From an uncultured Ignavibacteria bacterium (GTDB lineage Bacteria; Zixibacteria; MSB-5A5; CAIYYT01), in assembly GCA_964552775.1 (NCBI GenBank), contig CAZKIH010000001.1, positions 195,287-259,286 of the forward strand: a DNA stretch of 64,000 nt, given 5' to 3'. The notes below the pieces were generated by a model. That model did no database searches. It had not been told where the DNA came from and was given only the letters and a program-made list of their open reading frames with translations. Shown one piece after another: positions 58,731 to 64,000 of this stretch (within the stretch, counting starts at the first letter, position 1; every line of letters starts with the position of its first letter). A program made the position numbers and the translations under genes.

Positions 58731-60830
58731 TTACGAGATTAATCCCAATTGGGTGACAATAATGTCGATTATCTTAATTCCGACAAAAGGCACAATCAAA
58801 CCACCCAAGCCGTAAATCAACAGATTCCGACGCAAAATGGCTTCCGCGCCCAAAGGCCGATACTTGATCCCTCTCAAGGCCAACGGAATTAGAGCAACAA
58901 TTATGAGGGCATTGAATATCACTGCACTGAGAATCGCGCTCTGCGGAGACACGAGTTGCATGACATTGAGCTTTGCCAATGGACCTACCGAGCCTGACGT
59001 GGCATAAAGCACGCTGAACATCGCTGGCACGATGGCAAAGTACTTTGCTACATCATTGGCCACACTGAATGTCGTCAACGCGCCCCGTGTCATGAGAAGC
59101 TGCTTGCCGGTTTCCACCACCTCAATCAGTTTGGTCGGATTGGAGTCGAGATCAACCATGTTCCCAGCTTCGCGTGCGGCTTGCGTTCCCGTATTCATCG
59201 CCACGCCAACATCAGCCTGTGCCAAAGCGGGAGCATCGTTGGTGCCATCGCCGGTCATGGCAACCAAGTGCCCATTGGCCTGTTCCTCGCGAATGCGATT
59301 AAGTTTGGCCTCGGGATTGGCTTGAGCCATAAAGTCGTCTACTCCGGCCTCGGCCGCTATTGAGGCGGCTGTCAGCGGATTGTCTCCGGTTACCATAATC
59401 GTCCGAATGCCCATCGAACGCAGTTGCGAGAATCTCTCTTTGATTCCGCCCTTAACGACGTCCTTGAGATGCACTACGCCAAGAACAAAGTGTTCCTCGG
59501 AAACCACCAACGGCGTGCCGCCAGACTTTGAAATGCGGTTCACAATGGGATCGACATCCGCCGGCCAGGTGCCGCCGCTGTTCTCAATATGTTTCCTGAT
59601 TGCATCGCCGGAACCCTTGCGCAGAGTGCGTACCGGTTCGCCGCTCTCCAGGACATCGACGCCGCTCATCCGCGTTTGTGCGCTGAAGGGAACAAATCGA
59701 GCCAGGTGTGGCGGCAGTGTCTCGGCGCGCAATCCAAATCTATCTTTCGCCAACACCACAATTGATCTGCCCTCCGGAGTCTCATCACTCAACGAAGCCA
59801 ACTGCGCGGTCTCCGCAAGCGTCTGCGCCGGTACTCCCGGTACCGGTATGAACTCGGTCGCCATCCGATTGCCGAACGTGATCGTTCCTGTCTTATCCAG
59901 TAACAAGACATCAACGTCTCCTGCGGCTTCCACCGCGCGGCCGCTCGTGGCAATAACATTCTTTCGGATCATGCGATCCATACCGCTGATACCAATCGCG
60001 CTCAATAATCCGCCGATTGTTGTGGGAATGAGACACACTAACAGCGAGATGAGAATCGGCAGAGTTACGACTGCGGACAGGTCCTGCGCCGCTTCGTTGC
60101 CGCTGTAGTCAGCAAAAAGTTTGAGAGTGGCAACGGCAAGCAGAAATATGATCGTCAGGGCCAAGAGCACGAGACTCAGTGCGATTTCGTTCGGCGTCTT
60201 CTGGCGCTTGGCTCCTTCGACAAGGTTGATCATTCGGTCAAGAAACGAGTGCCCCTGTTCTGCCGTGATCGCGATGACAATACGGTCGCTGATCACTCGA
60301 GTTCCTCCCGTAACCGCGCTGCGGTCTCCGCCGCTTTCACGTATTACCGGCGCCGACTCTCCCGTAATCGCCGACTCGTCAACGGAGGCAATGCCTTCGG
60401 TGACTTCACCGTCACCGGGAATAATATCGTTAGCCTCACAGACAACAAAGTCTCCGGGTCGCAAATCCGCCGCGTTGACTTTGACTTCCTGGTTCTTGGG
60501 AAGTAACTTCCGGGCTATTGTCGAAGTCCGCATGCGTTTCAGGCTCTCTGCCTGCGCCTTGCCCCGGCCTTCAGCAACTGCTTCGGCGAAGTTGGCGAAC
60601 AACACTGTAAAGAACAGCCACAGGCAAATCTGCAGGTCGAATCCCGAAAAGTCGCCGCGAATGATATTCGTAAAAAAGGCTATCGCTGTGAGTATTGTCC
60701 CGATCAAGACCACGAACATCACGGGGTTTTTGATTTGCGCTTTGGGATTCAGTTTGCGAAAAGCATCGAAAGACGCTTGTCGCAGCAACGCTCCATCAAA
60801 TAGCGTAGTTGATTTCTTGGTATTCGTCAA
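58731..60830 (-). CDS. kdpB: potassium-transporting ATPase subunit B (P-type ATPase)
   Basis: 699 aa with DKTGTIT phosphorylation motif, TGDN and [10 protein letters not shown]. Confidence 0.95.
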   Translation of the reverse strand: MTNTKKSTTLFDGALLRQASFDAFRKLNPKAQIKNPVMFVVLIGTILTAIAFFTNIIRGDFSGFDLQICLWLFFTVLFANFAEAVAEGRGKAQAESLKRMRTSTIARKLLPKNQEVKVNAADLRPGDFVVCEANDIIPGDGEVTEGIASVDESAITGESAPVIRESGGDRSAVTGGTRVISDRIVIAITAEQGHSFLDRMINLVEGAKRQKTPNEIALSLVLLALTIIFLLAVATLKLFADYSGNEAAQDLSAVVTLPILISLLVCLIPTTIGGLLSAIGISGMDRMIRKNVIATSGRAVEAAGDVDVLLLDKTGTITFGNRMATEFIPVPGVPAQTLAETAQLASLSDETPEGRSIVVLAKDRFGLRAETLPPHLARFVPFSAQTRMSGVDVLESGEPVRTLRKGSGDAIRKHIENSGGTWPADVDPIVNRISKSGGTPLVVSEEHFVLGVVHLKDVVKGGIKERFSQLRSMGIRTIMVTGDNPLTAASIAAEAGVDDFMAQANPEAKLNRIREEQANGHLVAMTGDGTNDAPALAQADVGVAMNTGTQAAREAGNMVDLDSNPTKLIEVVETGKQLLMTRGALTTFSVANDVAKYFAIVPAMFSVLYATSGSVGPLAKLNVMQLVSPQSAILSAVIFNALIIVALIPLALRGIKYRPLGAEAILRRNLLIYGLGGLIVPFVGIKIIDIIVTQLGLIS

Positions 60831-60842
60831 TTTCCACCCTGC

Positions 60843-62531
60843 CTAAAAAGTAGTGCCTGTCAGCATCAGTAGATGTTCAAGTATTGGTCCGAGCGCCAGA
60901 ACTGGGAAAAATGTCAATGCGCCGACGATCAGAATTGTCGCGGTCAAAATCAGACCGAATGTCATGCCCTCGGTCGAAAAACTCCCCGCCGTCATTGGCG
61001 TCGACTTCTTGCGAACCAGGCTTCCCGAAATCAACAGCACAGGCAAAATTACGCCGAATCGCGCCAGCAACATACAGAGTCCGAGTGCGATATTATAGAA
61101 GGGAGTATTGGCATTCAGCCCTGCGAACGCGCTTCCGTTATTGCCGCTTGCGGAGGTAGTCGCATACAGTATTTCACTCAGTCCGTGAGGGCCGTGATTG
61201 GCCAGACTGCTCAGTCCAGCCGTCGTTGAACAGGCAATTGCGGACGTGATCAATATGAGCGCACACGGCAGAATGATCGCAATCGTTGTCCAGCGCATCT
61301 CCAGTGCTTCAATCTTCTTGCCAAAGTACTCGGGTGTTCTTCCGACCATTAGTCCGGAAAGGAATACTGTCAGCAGCACGAACAAGATCATTCCATACAT
61401 ACCGGCACCAACGCCGCCAAAAATGATCTCACCAAGCATGATGTTGAACATTGCTATACCACCGGCTATCGGAGACATACTCGAGTGCATTGCATTCACC
61501 GAGCCGTTGGACGCAACAGTTGTGAAGTTGGACCAGATGATGCTATTCACAACTCCAAATCGCGTCTCTTTTCCCTCGAGGTTAGAAACTCCGAGCGCGC
61601 TGTTGTTCGAAAATTCGGCGTAGGCTGAGATACCGATAAACGCGATCAGCATAATCATCATAACACCGTAGAGCACCCAGGCGTGTTTGCGCGAGCCGAC
61701 CATCAATCCGAATGTGTATACGAGCGCGGCAGGCAACATCAAGATTGCCAGCACCTCGAACCAGTTCGAAAGTGGTGTCGGGTTTTCATACGGGTGCGCG
61801 CTGTTGGTATTGAAGAACCCTCCGCCATTGGTGCCAAGCTGTTTGATCGCTATCTGCGAAGCCGCCGGGCCCATCGGCAGTATCTGCTCTTTCCCTTCTA
61901 GTGTCGTCGCAGATTGGTAGGCATCGACATTCTGCACTACGCCTTGGCCGACCAGTACCAGCGTCCAGACAATGGAGAGTGGCAATAGGATATGTATGGT
62001 CGATCGCGTCATATCCGTCCAGAAATTACCCAAAGTCCCGGAGGTCTTTCTCGAAATACCGCGCGCCAGCGCCGCCATTACCGCTATACCCGTCGCAGCA
62101 CTGACAAAATTCTGTACAGTGAGTCCAACCATCTGCGTCAAATAACTTAGGGTTACCTCACCTGCATAGGATTGCCAGTTGGTATTTGTCATGAAGCTGA
62201 CAGCCGTATTTAACGCCAGATGCCACGACGGCGCCGGCAGGTTCTGTGGATTGAGCGGCAACAACTGCTGCAGAATTTGGAGAAGAAACACTACGGCAAA
62301 CCCGCCCAGATTGAAGAGCAACAACGCCGAGGCGTATTGCTTCCAATCCATCTCGGCATCAGCATCGATACCGCACATTCTATAGATCAACCGCTCGACA
62401 CTCTTAAACGGGCGGAGGATGTTTGAGCCCTGACCAGTCAGCATGTTGTAACAGAACCGCCCCAAAACGGGCGTCAGAACGATCAAGGCAACAATCAATG
62501 CGGCAATTTGCAGAAAGTCGTTAGCAATCAT
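60843..62531 (-). CDS. kdpA: potassium-transporting ATPase subunit A
   Basis: 562 aa, KdpA channel-like subunit with multiple TM helices and selectivity-filter-like GG motifs. Confidence 0.95.
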   Translation of the reverse strand: MIANDFLQIAALIVALIVLTPVLGRFCYNMLTGQGSNILRPFKSVERLIYRMCGIDADAEMDWKQYASALLLFNLGGFAVVFLLQILQQLLPLNPQNLPAPSWHLALNTAVSFMTNTNWQSYAGEVTLSYLTQMVGLTVQNFVSAATGIAVMAALARGISRKTSGTLGNFWTDMTRSTIHILLPLSIVWTLVLVGQGVVQNVDAYQSATTLEGKEQILPMGPAASQIAIKQLGTNGGGFFNTNSAHPYENPTPLSNWFEVLAILMLPAALVYTFGLMVGSRKHAWVLYGVMMIMLIAFIGISAYAEFSNNSALGVSNLEGKETRFGVVNSIIWSNFTTVASNGSVNAMHSSMSPIAGGIAMFNIMLGEIIFGGVGAGMYGMILFVLLTVFLSGLMVGRTPEYFGKKIEALEMRWTTIAIILPCALILITSAIACSTTAGLSSLANHGPHGLSEILYATTSASGNNGSAFAGLNANTPFYNIALGLCMLLARFGVILPVLLISGSLVRKKSTPMTAGSFSTEGMTFGLILTATILIVGALTFFPVLALGPILEHLLMLTGTTF

Positions 62532-62535
62532 GTTT

Positions 62536-62619
62536 CTACATCTCCTCGGCCTTGAACAGGCAATACACCAGGTAGACCAGCAGTAACAGCGCTACGATAC
62601 CACCTAACCAGAATTCCAT
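62536..62619 (-). CDS. kdpF: potassium-transporting ATPase subunit F (27-aa hydrophobic peptide)
   Basis: Reverse-strand ATG at 62619 gives MEFWLGGIVALLLLVYLVYCLFKAEEM with a stop at 62536, 4 nt upstream of kdpA. Too small for the ORF track. Confidence 0.5.
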   Translation of the reverse strand: MEFWLGGIVALLLLVYLVYCLFKAEEM

Positions 62620-63279
62620 ATGCTTACTCAAATCGTTTAGAAATACACCAGATAGCTTTCGAGACCTTCCCGAAAACACTCTGCTAATAACGACACTGAG
62701 CTGTAGTCGGATAGTAAAGAGGTGGGACGGAGTAGTAAAGAAATGGTAAAGAAGCTGACCACTGCGAGGTGATCAAAGTGATTACATGGCCAGCACTTCA
62801 GGCGACTTCACCCGGCACTTTCCAGACAATTCTTGACTACCAACCGACCTTGTGATTCCCCAATCAGTCTATCGAGCGAATGATCCGCAAAATCGGGTTC
62901 GAGGCGCGGATTACCGACTCTTGAAGCCAGCTCGACGAACCATCGTGACTCAAGCAGTCCCAGGCTCGGAATTGACTTACGGGGGGAGCGGGTTTTTGAT
63001 CTAAATTCTTGACAACTTGCACCATGTTCACTAAACTTAATTGAAGTAAGTTCAGGGCGGGCTTCGAAAAGTTCTGTTCATCACCTCAGTCGTAAGCTTG
63101 CGTGCTGATCGCCAGCAATTGAGATACTCCTGTTACACACAAGCAGCTACTGACGCCTGAGCCGGCGGCAATTTCAAAATCCAGAAAGACGTCCTGTCTG
63201 ACTGCCTCAACTCCAATCGTTGCGCGTGCAGACTCGAATCAATAGAGGTGGCAGAGAGGGATCGTAAGAGAGGTGCAAA

Positions 63280-64000
63280 ATGCCATTGCGTATTCAGGGG
63301 TTCTTCCTAATCCTGTTCGCCACCATACTCGCACTTATCGCTGCATCGATGATCTTGATTGAACCTGCAGTAGCGAACCCAGACATGAGCCAAAGCCAGG
63401 TAGAGATGCCCACTTTGTGCGGCGATGTCGATGGCAGTGGAAATATCAATATCGCTGATTTAACGCGTCTTTGGGTTTTTCTCTTTCAAAATGGCCCGCC
63501 CCCGCCATTCCCCGAGGACGCCGATGTTGATGGTTGTGGAAGCATAAACGCCTCCGATCTCGTTCATTTATGGAATTATTTGTTCGAGGCAGGTCCTGTT
63601 CCCTGTGCCGGCAATTGCAACATTGATCACGGTATTAATTGGGTACGAACGGTGTGTGGTCAGACGTTCACAACTGGCGTTGATTCAGTAGGTCTAGATG
63701 TCTTTGTAGCAAACGACACCCCCTTGCGGGCAATGTCTCTCGGATTTGGTTACAACGCGGATGACATCTACGAAATCACCAGTGTTAGTAAAGCAGTTGC
63801 TCTCAGTGACGGTCTGTTTTCGGTGACGTTCAAGCCCTCAATCAATCAGGTCCTCATCGGCTGGATGAATAGTTCGACTGGAGGTTCATTTCCAATTCAT
63901 TCAGTTGCAGTGCGAATTGCCACCATCTGGGTGAAGAGAAGCGGTCCCGAACAGAATGGTTGTGTGAACATTCGCCGGTCATTTGTTGGTCCGGCCGGTC
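63280..64000 (+). CDS. secreted protein with N-terminal dockerin-like pair (partial; runs off the window end)
   Basis: ATG at 63280 and signal/TM MPLRIQGFFLILFATILALIAASMIL, then CGDVDGSGNINIADLTRLWVFLFQNGPPP...DADVDGCGSINASDLVHLWNYLFEAGPVPCAGNCN. No stop before 64000. Confidence 0.55.
   Translation, partial: MPLRIQGFFLILFATILALIAASMILIEPAVANPDMSQSQVEMPTLCGDVDGSGNINIADLTRLWVFLFQNGPPPPFPEDADVDGCGSINASDLVHLWNYLFEAGPVPCAGNCNIDHGINWVRTVCGQTFTTGVDSVGLDVFVANDTPLRAMSLGFGYNADDIYEITSVSKAVALSDGLFSVTFKPSINQVLIGWMNSSTGGSFPIHSVAVRIATIWVKRSGPEQNGCVNIRRSFVGPAG

Noticed and set aside
1-64000. Considered whether the organism uses a TGA-recoded genetic code (code 4 or 25), given two in-frame TGAs.
   Set aside because: Nearly all genes are intact single ORFs under the standard code and at least mntP terminates with TGA followed by a short out-of-family extension. 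Isolated in-frame TGAs are therefore better explained as selenocysteine, mutation or real stops.

Overview
This 64 kb window is a gene-dense bacterial chromosomal segment (about 50-55% GC, standard genetic code) from what looks like an uncultivated FCB-group or candidate-phylum organism. That guess rests on at least seven secreted proteins carrying the same dockerin-like Ca-binding module with no cohesin partner in view.

The housekeeping content is aspS, accB/accC, gcvH-gcvPA-gcvPB, pckA, pilT, mntP, M32, M24 and M14 peptidases, an LTA-synthase-like gene, yceI, a complete kdpFABC-kdpDE locus, a MacAB-like HlyD/ABC/FtsX efflux system and one tRNA-Gln(CUG).

Three things stand out:

- Minus-strand operon at 44455..54289. 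Five genes sit a few nucleotides apart: a His-rich integral membrane protein, a roughly 20-heme c-type cytochrome, a giant 1425-aa cytochrome with roughly 58 CxxCH motifs built from about 19 tandem c7-like triheme units (including near-identical 216-bp DNA repeats), a 548-aa outer-membrane beta-barrel ending in Phe, and a membrane-anchored 4Fe-4S/FAD oxidoreductase. This has the architecture of a porin-cytochrome extracellular electron transfer conduit and is the most likely undescribed system in the window.
- Selenoprotein candidate at 24395..25231. A signal-peptide-bearing thioredoxin-like + TPR protein has an in-frame TGA exactly at the first Cys of its redox motif (YTDW-U-KWCK, compare DsbD gamma YADWCVACK). 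It is inserted, together with two DUF2007-like genes, between gcvPA and gcvPB.
- NO-detoxification cluster at 32525..36014: NsrR-type Rrf2 regulator, a RIC/NorA-like hemerythrin protein and a quinol-dependent NO reductase, with a recognisable promoter overlapped by a palindrome.

Smaller observations are a second in-frame TGA joining two ORFs (15955), a perfect 15-bp inverted repeat in the M14/efflux intergenic region, an unannotated kdpF, and partial genes at both window edges.
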